From assembly GCA_030655955.1 (NCBI GenBank), contig JAUSOZ010000187.1:1-47268 (forward strand): DNA of 47,268 bases, written 5' to 3'. Under the pieces are notes generated by a model. That model did no database searches. It was not told where the DNA came from and worked only from the letters and a program-made list of their open reading frames with translations. Positions 9,318-18,132 of this stretch are shown here, one piece after another (the stretch's first letter is position 1; each line of letters begins with the position of its first letter). The translations under genes were made by a program, and so were the position numbers. The DNA comes from Deltaproteobacteria bacterium. Lineage in GTDB: Bacteria; Desulfobacterota; Desulfobaccia; Desulfobaccales; 0-14-0-80-60-11.

Positions 9318-9561
9318 GTATAAAAACCTCTCCCCCCGTCAACGAGATATAGTATCCGGGCGCCTCTCAGCGGGCATTGATTATCGGCCCCCCGAGGGGG
9401 CCAAATATACAATTACGTTAATGATTCATTGCCATTGTAAATTACTCGTGTTACTATTGCAACGGGTTTCCGGTTCGCAACCGAGAGTCGGTACCGGCCA
9501 GGATTCCAGGGGCGGGCACCAGCCTGTTTTATCCCAATGTCGTTTTAATAGCCACTGACGG

Positions 9562-9807
9562 ATGAAGTGCCGGGTAGAGACATACTCCGGGTTTCGACTC
9601 CATGAACGCCCCCGGCGTTTTACCTGGGGGCGGACTTGGCTGGAAGTGCACCAGGTCATGGAGCAGTGGGTGGCTCCAGGTCATCTCTGCTTCAAGGTCA
9701 AGGTGGCGGATCGCGCCTATCTCTTGAAATACCATCAAGCTCGGGATACCTGGGAGGTAGAGTTGGTAAGGTCCGGAGCCATGCCGCCGGCCGACGGAGG
9801 AAATTAG
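9562..9807 (+). CDS. Hypothetical small protein (81 aa)
   Basis: ATG-initiated ORF with no overlap to better ORFs and a balanced composition. I recognised no motif. Confidence 0.4.
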   Translation: MKCRVETYSGFRLHERPRRFTWGRTWLEVHQVMEQWVAPGHLCFKVKVADRAYLLKYHQARDTWEVELVRSGAMPPADGGN

Positions 9808-9915
9808 AGATTTACTTTCCAATGGGCTGTAGGGTACAATTGGATATTTTAGCCGATACGCCAGCGAATTTTTTTCGCCCGGCTGCTTAGTTTCTATCCG
9901 AAAAGAGGATTTTAT

Positions 9916-10548
9916 ATGAAATGCCAAGTTAATCCACGTTACATGGAACAATTATATTCGTTTATTTCGCCGTTCTATGAATACGTTTTTGGCAAACTCC
10001 TGGGCCCCGGCCGCCGCAAGGCCTTTAAATATGTGCCCCGACGGCCTAACCAGCAGGTCCTGGAGATCGGCGTGGGTCCCGGTTCCACCCTGGATTTCTA
10101 TCCCCCGAGGACCAAGCTGGTGGGGATCGACATTTCCCGGGCGATGATCGAACGGGCCCGGGCAAAAGCCGCCAATATCAATAGCGGCTGCCGCTTCGAC
10201 TTGCACGTCATGGACGCCTCCCGCCTGGAATTTCCCGACAATCATTTCGACCTCGTCATGGCCGCCTACGTGATCACCACGGTCCAGGACCCCTATAAGG
10301 TCTGCCGGGAGATCCACCGGGTAGTCAAGCCCGGCGGCCAGATCATTGCGGTTAACCACACCCGCTCTCAGAACGGCAGTCTCTGGGGTCGCGTCGAGGA
10401 CGTCATGGCCCCGGTTTTTGTCCGCGTCGGCTTCACCACCGATCTGGACGTCATCCGGGTCATGAAAGACGCAGGCATTTCCGTGCACCAGTCGGTGCCG
10501 TGCAACCTGCTCAATACCGGCCGGATCATCATGGGCACCAAAGCATAG
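9916..10548 (+). CDS. Class I SAM-dependent methyltransferase (PmtA/UbiE-like)
   Basis: SAM motif I VLEIGVGPGSTL, acidic loop VGIDIS, and post-I/II motifs. AAGAGGA lies before the ATG at 9916. The substrate is not inferable. Confidence 0.75.
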   Translation: MKCQVNPRYMEQLYSFISPFYEYVFGKLLGPGRRKAFKYVPRRPNQQVLEIGVGPGSTLDFYPPRTKLVGIDISRAMIERARAKAANINSGCRFDLHVMDASRLEFPDNHFDLVMAAYVITTVQDPYKVCREIHRVVKPGGQIIAVNHTRSQNGSLWGRVEDVMAPVFVRVGFTTDLDVIRVMKDAGISVHQSVPCNLLNTGRIIMGTKA

Positions 10549-10689
10549 GGGAGGTCTGGCGCCGGCCCCTGCCGCAGGTGGCTTGCAATCCGGCGGCCCG
10601 TCCCCGGTTAGCTGGCTGAGGTTCTGCAACGAATGCATGTTAATCCCGGTTCAATGGGTTACGTGCTGATTTTTTTTCAGGAGAACACC

Positions 10690-11193
10690 ATGAACATCGA
10701 TAAGAATTCCTTTGTGACCATTGATTATCTCATCAACCTGGGTGAGGCCGAGACCTATCCCCCTGATGGGAAGCCGGAGGAAATCTCTTTCTGCATGGGC
10801 GGCGGGGCGATGCCTCCGGGGCTGGAAGAAGCCCTGCTCGGCATGAAAGTAAATGACGCCAAAGTCATCAACCTCTCGGCCGAACAGGCCTACGGCGAAT
10901 TTGACGACGAACTGCTCATGGAAGTCCCCCGTTCCGACTTCGGGCCGGAGGTGGAGTTGCGCCCGGGCCTGGTGTTCGAGACCGAAAACGAAGACGGTCA
11001 GGCCGTCTACTTCATCGTCGAAGAGGTGCGGGACGAATCGGTGCTCGTCGACTTTAACCATCCCCTGGCGGGCAAAGACCTGGAAGTTTCCTTTACCATC
11101 CGCCAGGTGCGGGAGGCCACCCCTGAGGATCTCGAAGAGCAGCAGGTCTGTACCTGCTCTGAATGCCAGGAAGGAGGCTCCCACCAGCATTAG
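10690..11193 (+). CDS. slyD: FKBP-type peptidyl-prolyl isomerase, SlyD-like
   Basis: MNIDKNSFVTIDYLINL, an IF-domain-like insert, NHPLAGKDLEVSFTI, and a Cys/His-rich tail CTCSECQEGGSHQH. CAGGAGA SD lies 6 nt before ATG 10690. The ORF-track start at 10633 adds an implausible leader. Confidence 0.8.
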   Translation: MNIDKNSFVTIDYLINLGEAETYPPDGKPEEISFCMGGGAMPPGLEEALLGMKVNDAKVINLSAEQAYGEFDDELLMEVPRSDFGPEVELRPGLVFETENEDGQAVYFIVEEVRDESVLVDFNHPLAGKDLEVSFTIRQVREATPEDLEEQQVCTCSECQEGGSHQH

Positions 11194-11202
11194 AGGAGGG
11201 CA

Positions 11203-12879
11203 ATGATGACCTTTCCCTGGGCGGCGCATTATGACCCGGGAGTGCCTCTCACCGTGGGGCCGGTCACCACCTCCTTGCCCCGGCTGTTGCTGCAAGCGGC
11301 GGAACAATCTCCCCAGTCCCCGGCTTTGGTGTTTTTCGGCCGGACCACCACGTACGGCGAACTCAACACCCGGACGGCCAGCCTGGCCAGCGCCCTGCAA
11401 AACCTGGGGCTGGCCCCTGGTGAGCGCCTGGGAATTTTCCTCCCCAATTGTCCCCAACTGGTGATGGCCTATCATGCCGCCCTGCGCCTGGGCGCTGTGG
11501 TGGTGATGCTCAACCCCCTCCTGAGCGCCAAGGAACTGGCCTATCAACTGGCCGACTCCGGCGCCCAGCGGTTGGTGCTCCTGGACCACTTCCTGCCCCG
11601 ATTAGAAGAAATTCGGGCTCAGGTTGACCTGACGCATGTCATCATTACCAGCCTGGCGGAGGCTCTCCCCTGGCCCCGGTCTTGGCTCTATCCCTTCAAG
11701 GCCCGGCGGGATGGCCTGGCCACCGGTTTCGAGCCGGGGCCGCAGCGCTATGCCTTCCGGGAGTTGCTGAAATATCCCGTCCAGCCCACCCCGCCTGAGC
11801 CTGCACCCGGGGATCTGGCGGTGCTGCAATATACCGGCGGCACCACCGGTACCCCCAAGGCGGCCAGGTTGACCCACGGCAACCTCATGGCCAACGTGGC
11901 CCAGATCAGCGCCTGGCTGCCCCAGGTGCGGTTCGGCGGCGAACGCCTCATGGCCCTGCTCCCCTTTTCGCACTCCTTCGGGCTCACTGCCTGTCTCAAC
12001 TGGCCCATGTCCCAGGGGGCCAAGATCATTGTGCTGCCCCGCTTCGATATCAACAGCTTTATCAAGGCCATGCGGAAATACCGGCCCACCATGCTGCCCG
12101 GGGTCCCCACCCTCTTTGTGGCCCTGATCAACGACCCCCGCCTGCCCAAGCTCGACATGTCCTCCCTCTGGGCCTGCATCAGCGGCTCGGCGCCTCTGCC
12201 CCTGGAAGTCCGGGACCGCTTCGAGGCCTTGAGCGGCTGCACCATGATGGAGGGCTACGGCCTGACCGAAGCCGCGCCCATTACTCATCTCAATCCGGTT
12301 CGGGGGAAGCGGCCGGCCGGCAGCATGGGCATGCCCCTGCCCAGCACCCAGGCCAAGGTGGTGGACCAGGAGACCGGCGCCCGGGAACTTCCGGCCGGCG
12401 AAGTGGGGGAGTTGGTCATCCGGGGCCCCCAGGTGATGGAGGGATACTGGCGCAACCCCGAAGAGACCGCCCTGGTCCTTAAAGACGGCTGGCTGCATAC
12501 GGGGGATTTGGCCCGCATGGATGAAGACGGCTATTTTTATATCGTCGAGCGCAAGAAGGATCTGATTATCGCCGGGGGCTACAAAATCTATCCCCGGGAG
12601 GTGGAAGAGGTGCTCTATCAGCACCCGGGGGTGAAAGAGGCTGTGGCCCTGGGAGTCCCCCATGCTTACCGGGGGGAAACGGTGAAAGTGGTGATCGTGC
12701 CCCAGGATGGGGCCGGGCTCACCGCGGCCGATATCGAGGCCCACTGCCGCGGCTTGCTGGCGGTCTACAAGGTTCCCAAGATCATCGAGTTCCGGTCCGA
12801 GTTGCCCAAAAGCGCGGTGGGCAAGGTGCTGCGCCGGGAGCTCAAGGAGGCCGGGGACGGCCCGGCCGGGTCCCCATAA
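11203..12879 (+). CDS. Long-chain-fatty-acid--CoA ligase / AMP-dependent synthetase
   Basis: AMP-binding motif LQYTGGTTGTPKAARLTHGNL, plus GYGLTE, TGDLARMDEDGYFYIVERKKD and a C-terminal PKSAVGKVLRREL. Confidence 0.85.
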   Translation: MMTFPWAAHYDPGVPLTVGPVTTSLPRLLLQAAEQSPQSPALVFFGRTTTYGELNTRTASLASALQNLGLAPGERLGIFLPNCPQLVMAYHAALRLGAVVVMLNPLLSAKELAYQLADSGAQRLVLLDHFLPRLEEIRAQVDLTHVIITSLAEALPWPRSWLYPFKARRDGLATGFEPGPQRYAFRELLKYPVQPTPPEPAPGDLAVLQYTGGTTGTPKAARLTHGNLMANVAQISAWLPQVRFGGERLMALLPFSHSFGLTACLNWPMSQGAKIIVLPRFDINSFIKAMRKYRPTMLPGVPTLFVALINDPRLPKLDMSSLWACISGSAPLPLEVRDRFEALSGCTMMEGYGLTEAAPITHLNPVRGKRPAGSMGMPLPSTQAKVVDQETGARELPAGEVGELVIRGPQVMEGYWRNPEETALVLKDGWLHTGDLARMDEDGYFYIVERKKDLIIAGGYKIYPREVEEVLYQHPGVKEAVALGVPHAYRGETVKVVIVPQDGAGLTAADIEAHCRGLLAVYKVPKIIEFRSELPKSAVGKVLRRELKEAGDGPAGSP

Positions 12880-12888
12880 TCTTTCCCT

Positions 12889-13395
12889 ATGGCTCTGCGA
12901 CGCGTGCTCCGCTATCACTGGCTGAAATTCCTCCGTCTCCAGGAGGACCCCCGCAAACTTGCCTGGGGAATGGCCCTGGGGGTGTTCATCGGCATCACCC
13001 CCACCATTCCTTTCCATATGGTAGGGGCGTTGGCCCTGGCCGCCTTGTTTCGGATCTCGCTGGTGACCGCCTTTATCGGCATCCAGATAGGCAATCCCCT
13101 TACCATCCCAGCTATCTATATAGCCTCCTACAAGGTGGGGCAATTCCTGTTGTATCGCGGCAAGCCCCTGGTGTTTCCGGAGACCTTCAGTTTTGAAGCC
13201 TGGATGGGCGTGCTCTGGCAGGGGGGGGTAGCCTTGCAGGTGGGGGGGGTCATCCTGGCTATTCCCCCGGCCATCGTGGCCTATTTCTTGACCTTATGGA
13301 TCGTCCAGCGCTATCGCCGGCGCAAAGCGGCAAAGGCTCTCAGTGTCCTCGCTCTCTCCCAAAACCCTCCTGCTGCGTCTGGGCCTGAGGCCTAA
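12889..13395 (+). CDS. DUF2062-family membrane protein
   Basis: The pattern PRKLAWGMALGVFIGITPTIPFHMVGALALAALFRISLVTAFIGIQIGNPLT matches my recollection of DUF2062. It has 3-4 hydrophobic segments. Confidence 0.65.
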   Translation: MALRRVLRYHWLKFLRLQEDPRKLAWGMALGVFIGITPTIPFHMVGALALAALFRISLVTAFIGIQIGNPLTIPAIYIASYKVGQFLLYRGKPLVFPETFSFEAWMGVLWQGGVALQVGGVILAIPPAIVAYFLTLWIVQRYRRRKAAKALSVLALSQNPPAASGPEA

Positions 13396-14203
13396 GAAGG
13401 CCCTGGGGCAGCATTTCCTGCTCCACCCGCACCAGGCCCGGCGCATTGTCGCCGCCTTGAACCTTACCGGTGCGGACACCGTAGTGGAGATCGGCGCCGG
13501 GCTGGGGGCCCTTACCGGCCTTTTGGCGCCGGCCGCCCGCCGGGTGATCGCCCTGGAACGGGACCCGGAACTGGCCCGGTTTCTGGCCGAAGAGCTCCTG
13601 GTCGAATCCCCCGGGGTCCAGGTCATCTGTCAGGATGTGCTGACGTTCGACTTCCCCGGGGCCGCCCGGGAGGCCGGCCACCCCCTGGCAGTGGTGGGGA
13701 ACCTGCCCTACCAGATCACCTCACCGCTTTTGTTCACCTTGATTCGGGACGTTGCGGCCATCAATTGTGCCGTGCTGATGATGCAGCTGGAGGTGGGGGT
13801 GCGCCTCACGGCCTCCCCGGGCACCAAGGATTACGGCATTCTGTCGGTCCTGGTCCAGTACCATTTCCGGGTGACCCGCCTTTTTAGCCTGTCGCCGGGC
13901 AATTTTTATCCCCCGCCCCAGGTGGATTCGGTGGTACTGCGGCTGGTCCCGGAAACCCCGGCTTCGGTGGCCCTTGACGCGGCCTTGCTGCACCAAGTGG
14001 TCAAGGCCGCCTTCGGCCACCGCCGCAAGACTCTGAACAACACCCTGGTATCCGGGGCTGCGGCCTTCGGGCTGAGCCCCGAGGCGATGCGGGCCATCCT
14101 GGCGGAGTTGAACATCGACCTGAAGCGCCGGGGAGAAACCCTGAGCGTGGCGGAATTTGTGGCGCTGAGCAATAGGGTGGCGGGCTTGAGGGCAGAAATG
14201 TAG
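13343..14203 (+). CDS. rsmA: 16S rRNA (adenine1518/1519-N6)-dimethyltransferase
   Basis: KKALGQHFL, SAM motif VVEIGAGLGALT, NLPYQITSP. A GTG start at 13343 overlaps the upstream gene by 53 nt. The N-terminal PKTLLLRLGLRP fits the KsgA N-terminus, so this start is plausible. Confidence 0.9.
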   Translation: MSSLSPKTLLLRLGLRPKKALGQHFLLHPHQARRIVAALNLTGADTVVEIGAGLGALTGLLAPAARRVIALERDPELARFLAEELLVESPGVQVICQDVLTFDFPGAAREAGHPLAVVGNLPYQITSPLLFTLIRDVAAINCAVLMMQLEVGVRLTASPGTKDYGILSVLVQYHFRVTRLFSLSPGNFYPPPQVDSVVLRLVPETPASVALDAALLHQVVKAAFGHRRKTLNNTLVSGAAAFGLSPEAMRAILAELNIDLKRRGETLSVAEFVALSNRVAGLRAEM

Positions 14204-14347
14204 TTCTGGTTCCCAAGCTCCAGCTTGGGAACCCCATTGCAGGCCAAGCTCCTGCTTGGCGAGAGAATCATATATTCATTGCGCTATGCGCCTCAAGCAG
14301 GAGCTTGGGAACGAGGGAAAGGCGGGATGCGCTACGCTTTCCCGCCC
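14204..14347 (+). repeat. Composite ~145-bp repeat unit, copy 2
   Basis: It begins one base after the rsmA stop. The string is TTCTGGTTCCCAAGCTCCAGCTTGGGAACCCCATTGCAGGCCAAGCTCCTGCTTGGCGAGAGAATCAT...CAAGCAGGAGCTTGGGAACGAGGGAAAGGCGGGATGCGCTACGC. Confidence 0.85.
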
Positions 14348-14394
14348 TACGGGCTCCGTGCCCGCCGCTGCCATAAGATCTGGCATTGGCTGGT

Positions 14395-14460
14395 GGCACA
14401 GCCTTTCCAGGCTGTGCACGATTAACCCGCTTCCTTGACACAGGCTGGAAAGCCTGTGCC
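14395..14460. repeat. Two family A hairpins in inverted orientation
   Basis: GGCACAGCCTTTCCAGGCTGTGC (14395..14417) and GACACAGGCTGGAAAGCCTGTGCC (14437..14460). The stems differ by compensatory GCC/GGC changes. Confidence 0.8.
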
Positions 14461-14482
14461 ACCAATTTAAAGAACTTTTTGT

Positions 14483-14630
14483 TTCTGGTTCCCAAGCTCC
14501 AGCTTGGGAACCCATTGCAGGCCAAGCTCCTGCTTGGCGAGAGAATCATCTATTTATTGCGCCATGTGCCTCAAGCAGGAGCTTGGGGAAAATTTACGTT
14601 CCCAAGCAGGAGCTTGGGAACGAGGGAAGG
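14483..14630 (+). repeat. Composite ~145-bp repeat unit, copy 3 (279 bp after copy 2)
   Basis: The first ~70 nt are nearly identical to copy 2. It has an extra internal duplication of the CAAGCAGGAGCTTGGG module. Confidence 0.85.
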
Positions 14631-14660
14631 CATGAAAAGGGTGGCCGTCTCGCCCGCCGC

Positions 14661-14723
14661 TGGTGCGCGGTGCGCACCCTACATTAACTGCCATAAGCTC
14701 ATGGTGCGTAGGACGCACCCTAC
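14661..14723. repeat. Two family B hairpins
   Basis: TGGTGCGCGGTGCGCACCCTAC (14661..14682) and ATGGTGCGTAGGACGCACCCTAC (14701..14723). Confidence 0.8.
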
Positions 14724-14783
14724 TGAGAAAACAGCCCGGATTGGCTGTTCCACAGAAAACAGAAAACTTTTCACGGCAGCAAT

Positions 14784-15668
14784 ATGAGTATGGGAACCTG
14801 GTTGGCTCTGGGTCTGGGTGCGGCCCTGGGAGATTCCGGCGCCGACGTTTTGACCAAGCGGTATTTCGTCCAGCTGTCGCCTTACGGCATGGCCCTGGTG
14901 CGGCTGCTGGGGGCGGTGCCGTTTCTGGCCCTGGTGGCCCTCGGCCTCAGTCTGCCGGAGCTGACCCAGCCTTTCTGGCTCATTGTGGCGGTCATGCTGC
15001 CCCTGGAGGTCCTGGCCCTTCTCCTCTACATGCGGGCCCTGCGCCTCTGTCACCTGTCGCTGTGCGTCCCTTTCCTGGCCTTTACCCCGGTTTTCCTGAT
15101 CTTCACCGGCTGGCTGGTGCTGGGAGAACGTCTGAACCGCTGGGGGGTGGTCGGCACCTTGATGATCGCCCTGGGGTGCTACGTCCTGGGACTGGGGGCC
15201 GACGGCCAGGGCAAGACCGGGGTCCTGGCGCCGCTGAAGGCCCTGGCCCAAGAGCCCGGCGCCCGCCTGATGCTCATGGTGGCGGCCATCTACTCGGTGA
15301 CCGCCGCCCTGTACAAGTCGGCTATTCTGCACTCCGGCGCCCTCTTTTTCGGGACCCTGTATCCCCTGGCCGTTACCGGGCTGATGGTGTCCGCCTATCC
15401 CTGGAACCGGGTGCGGCTGGGGCCCAGCCTCAAGGCACACTGGGGCTGGTGGGTGGTCCTGGGGTTATGCGCCGTCCTGAGCTTCCTGTGCCTGGCCGGC
15501 GGCATGGAACTGGCCCCGGCCGCTTATCTGGTGGCGGTAAAACGCCTGAGCCTGCTGTTGAGCGTCCTTTTAGGGGGGCTATGGCTCAAGGAGCGGCCCT
15601 TCCTGCCCCGGGTCCTCGGGGCGGGCTTGATGTGCGCCGGCGTGGGGCTCATTGCCTTGAGAGGTTAG
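14784..15668 (+). CDS. EamA/DMT-family transporter
   Basis: A 294-aa protein with about ten hydrophobic segments in two similar halves, which is the typical drug/metabolite transporter layout. Confidence 0.75.
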   Translation: MSMGTWLALGLGAALGDSGADVLTKRYFVQLSPYGMALVRLLGAVPFLALVALGLSLPELTQPFWLIVAVMLPLEVLALLLYMRALRLCHLSLCVPFLAFTPVFLIFTGWLVLGERLNRWGVVGTLMIALGCYVLGLGADGQGKTGVLAPLKALAQEPGARLMLMVAAIYSVTAALYKSAILHSGALFFGTLYPLAVTGLMVSAYPWNRVRLGPSLKAHWGWWVVLGLCAVLSFLCLAGGMELAPAAYLVAVKRLSLLLSVLLGGLWLKERPFLPRVLGAGLMCAGVGLIALRG

Positions 15669-15748
15669 GAAATGGGGGGTGTTAGTCATTGAGGCAGGTG
15701 CTCATCCCGAGTTGCCGCCAAGCAAATATTTTTTTCCAAATTTTTGGT

Positions 15749-15772
15749 GGCACAGGCTTTCCAGCCTGTGCC
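15749..15772. repeat. Family A hairpin
   Basis: GGCACAGGCTTTCCAGCCTGTGCC, a 9-bp perfect stem. Confidence 0.8.
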
Positions 15773-15823
15773 TGGAGCGCCGGGGCGGCAGTCCGCCCTA
15801 TCTTCAGAAACTTTTCAGGCGCA

Positions 15824-15846
15824 ATGGTGCGTAGAACGCACCCTAC
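15824..15846. repeat. Family B hairpin
   Basis: ATGGTGCGTAGAACGCACCCTAC. It is followed by a GGGAGAGGG-type G-rich repeat at about 15862..15895. Confidence 0.8.
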
Positions 15847-15934
15847 AAAAATCTTAAGGGATTGGGAGAGGGGGTTTGGGGGAGAGGGTAAAGGCCACTT
15901 ACGAAAAAGCCCTTAGCCTTCTCACCCACAAGCA

Positions 15935-16672
15935 ATGTCTACTAAAGCCTTTGAACCCCGCACCTATCGCACCCGCATGGCCCGGGCGGGCCTGGTGGGT
16001 TTTCGCGTGGTGGTGAAGGAGACTGACCTCTGGGTACTGGCCGCCCGGGATTTATCCGCCGAGGTCCGGGAAATCGTCATCCAGGAACGGCAGCAGTTGG
16101 AGGCCTACATTGCTGCCCACCCCGGCTTTCTCACGGCGCTGGCCCCCTGGCCGGGGGACCCCTTCGCCCCGGCGGTGGTCCGGGAGATGATCGAGGCCGC
16201 GGCGGCTACCGGGGTGGGTCCCATGGCCGCGGTGGCCGGGACTTTGGCGGCCCGGGTGGGGCGGCAGTTGGCCACTTTGAGCCCCGAGGTCATCGTGGAA
16301 AATGGCGGCGACATCTTTCTGGCCATTCAACAGCCGGCCACTGTGGCCCTGTTTGCCGGGCACTCTCCTTTGAGCCACCGGGTGGGGCTTAACCTCGACC
16401 CCAGCCTCAGTCCTTTGGGGGTGTGCACCTCTTCGGCCAGCGTGGGGCATTCCTTGAGCCTCGGCCGAGCCGACGCCGCCTGTGTCCTATCCCCCAGCGC
16501 CGCCCTGGCCGACGCCGCGGCCACCGCGCTGGGCAACCGGGTGCAGGGCCCCGACACCATAGCCCCGGCCCTGGCGTGGGCCGCCAGCCTCCCCGGCATC
16601 CTGGGCGCACTCGTCATCGTGGGCGAGAAATTGGGCGCCTGGGGGCGAGTGGAACTGACGCCTTTAACCTGA
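15935..16672 (+). CDS. UPF0280-family protein (ApbE-superfamily-like)
   Basis: The conserved blocks ETDLWV, GVGPMAAVAG, VIVENGGDIFL, GVCTSSASVGHSLSLGRADA and ALADAAATALGN match my recollection of UPF0280. Confidence 0.65.
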   Translation: MSTKAFEPRTYRTRMARAGLVGFRVVVKETDLWVLAARDLSAEVREIVIQERQQLEAYIAAHPGFLTALAPWPGDPFAPAVVREMIEAAAATGVGPMAAVAGTLAARVGRQLATLSPEVIVENGGDIFLAIQQPATVALFAGHSPLSHRVGLNLDPSLSPLGVCTSSASVGHSLSLGRADAACVLSPSAALADAAATALGNRVQGPDTIAPALAWAASLPGILGALVIVGEKLGAWGRVELTPLT

Positions 16673-16716
16673 AGGCACGCCTGGGCCGCGGTAGGATTTT
16701 CTTCGCTCAAGAAACA

Positions 16717-16725
16717 TGATATAAT
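16717..16725 (+). promoter_or_regulatory. Candidate extended -10 promoter (TGATATAAT)
   Basis: TG-N-TATAAT lies 42 nt upstream of the small ORF at 16767. No good -35 is present. Confidence 0.3.
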
Positions 16726-16766
16726 ATAAAAAGGGGATATAATGGGCTACCTAACCGGAGGTTATT

Positions 16767-16928
16767 ATGGGGTTAGATGCCATGTGGCAACAAGGTACCT
16801 ACGCCGGTTACCAGGTGTGGGCCTGGATAAGGTACGAGGCCGCCATGCATCCGTTCATATTCCTGGCCGCCGTGATTGTTATCATATCAGCCTTTATCAT
16901 GTACAAAGCTGAGGTCAGAAGCAGATAG
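16767..16928 (+). CDS. Hypothetical small membrane protein (53 aa, below the ORF-track cutoff)
   Basis: GGAGG lies 6 nt before the ATG. The product is MGLDAMWQQGTYAGYQVWAWIRYEAAMHPFIFLAAVIVIISAFIMYKAEVRSR, with one clear TM segment. Confidence 0.4.
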   Translation: MGLDAMWQQGTYAGYQVWAWIRYEAAMHPFIFLAAVIVIISAFIMYKAEVRSR

Positions 16929-17016
16929 GGGGCAAGGCGGGGACAGATGTCCCGGGAACCACCCCGCCGCTCAACTTTCCTTGCCGGCGGCGGCAGACGG
17001 GGGTGCCTTTCCGGCC

Positions 17017-17259
17017 ATGTGCTTCCGGGACACCGTGATCGGGACCATCCTTTTTTATGCCGGTTTTTTGCTCATCATCTTCTTGTTCACCGAGGAGTTT
17101 GCCCGGGCCCTGGAATGGCTCCAGGCTCGCCTGAAGCGGTCTCTCTGGTGCCGAATCATCGTCTACCCCCTGCTTTTGCTGCTCATCGTCGCCGCCGGGT
17201 TTATCATCATCACTTCCCTGATTAAGTTTTCCACCAGCCTCACCTTTTCCTACGATTAG
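17017..17259 (+). CDS. Hypothetical small membrane protein (80 aa)
   Basis: This uses the internal ATG of ORF 16876..17259. The product MCFRDTVIGTILFYAGFLLIIFLF...IVYPLLLLLIVAAGFIIITSLI has two TM segments. The SD is weak. Confidence 0.35.
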   Translation: MCFRDTVIGTILFYAGFLLIIFLFTEEFARALEWLQARLKRSLWCRIIVYPLLLLLIVAAGFIIITSLIKFSTSLTFSYD

Positions 17260-17339
17260 CCCCGGGCTCTCCCGGGACCATCTGCCTGCCTATGCCCTTG
17301 AAATCTGCCGGTTCGGTACTTTACCGTGAAAGTCCACCC

Positions 17340-17367
17340 GTAGGGGCGGTTCGCGAACCGCCCCTAC
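17340..17367. repeat. Perfect 28-nt palindrome GTAGGGGCGGTTCGCGAACCGCCCCTAC
   Basis: Fully self-complementary. It shares the GTAGGG...CCCTAC ends with family B. Confidence 0.8.
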
Positions 17368-17665
17368 AAGGAATTTCGTGATTGAGGTTGGCCCAAAACG
17401 GCCATGATGGTTTAAGCTATTTTTTCCAGTTTATCCCTGAAGATTGGCGCCATCGCCGGAGTACCCCGGTCTGCGGCGCGGCGATTTATTCTTTTTCACC
17501 GGCAAAAAACAGGTTTCTTGACCGCCAATATCAGGGATTCCCGGATAGAACTTAGTTAAAGACTGGTTTAACTTCTTTACTCAACAGCCCGGCAATCCCC
17601 CTGCCATGAACCGGGAACCCTGATTCAAAGGGCGCAATTTGTCGGTTGAGCGAGGAAGGAAAACT

Positions 17666-18121
17666 ATGCGGTGCAGATTTGGGTCTGATGTGAAGCGGGG
17701 CCTGCGTGGGGAACATGGCGCCATCGCCGTGGAGTTCGCTATAATTATACCCTTATTTATTTTTCTAATCCTGGGGGGGTTGGATCTTGCCCATATGTTT
17801 TACATAGAGCATATTGTCACTACTGCTAGCCGGGAAGGCGCCCGTTATGGAGCGAAGTATACAGGGAACCCCCCCGTTGACCCCACTTCTACCCAAATCA
17901 CAGCCTTCGTAACCTCGACGCTCCCACCCTTAAACGGTTTAGTTGTCAATAGTCCCGTTTATGCTACTGTGCCTGGGCCTCCAGCCTATAGAGTTGTTAC
18001 TGTTACTGTTACAGCGCATAAGCATTGGTGGGTACTTGGAACCTTTAATTTTTATGGTTGGGTACCATTCCCCAACCCACAGACAATGACTGGCACAACG
18101 TCTATGAAGGTGGAGTTCTGA
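17666..18121 (+). CDS. TadE-like (Flp pilus assembly / pseudopilin-like) protein
   Basis: The TadE-type N-terminus GAIAVEFAIIIPLFIFLILGGLDLAHMFYIEHIVTTASREGARYGA. GAGGAAGGA lies before ATG 17666. Confidence 0.7.
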   Translation: MRCRFGSDVKRGLRGEHGAIAVEFAIIIPLFIFLILGGLDLAHMFYIEHIVTTASREGARYGAKYTGNPPVDPTSTQITAFVTSTLPPLNGLVVNSPVYATVPGPPAYRVVTVTVTAHKHWWVLGTFNFYGWVPFPNPQTMTGTTSMKVEF

Positions 18122-18132
18122 AGGAGACTGGG

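Noticed and set aside
9318-9561. The 244-nt non-coding region upstream of the small ORF at 9562, including the hairpin GGCCCCCCGAGGGGGCC near 9385. I examined it for a riboswitch or sRNA.
   Set aside because: I could recognise no conserved riboswitch core, and the hairpin has no T-run on either side. Nothing here can be supported from sequence alone.
14204-14783. Possible CRISPR array, considered here and also for the heptamer arrays at 35516..35658 and the 87-bp repeats at 44147..44398.
   Set aside because: There is no regular repeat-spacer periodicity. The repeats are palindromic hairpins of several different families, the 87-bp repeats are in-frame coding, and no cas genes are in the window.
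14225-14787. ORFs of 60-133 aa spanning the repeat-filled spacers (14225..14425, 14256..14438, 14268..14549, 14386..14787, 15689..15916, 4743..5027).
   Set aside because: They are translations of the palindromic repeat units. The same peptide strings appear in both orientations (e.g. LGNP / SQAGAWE), and there are no SD sequences.
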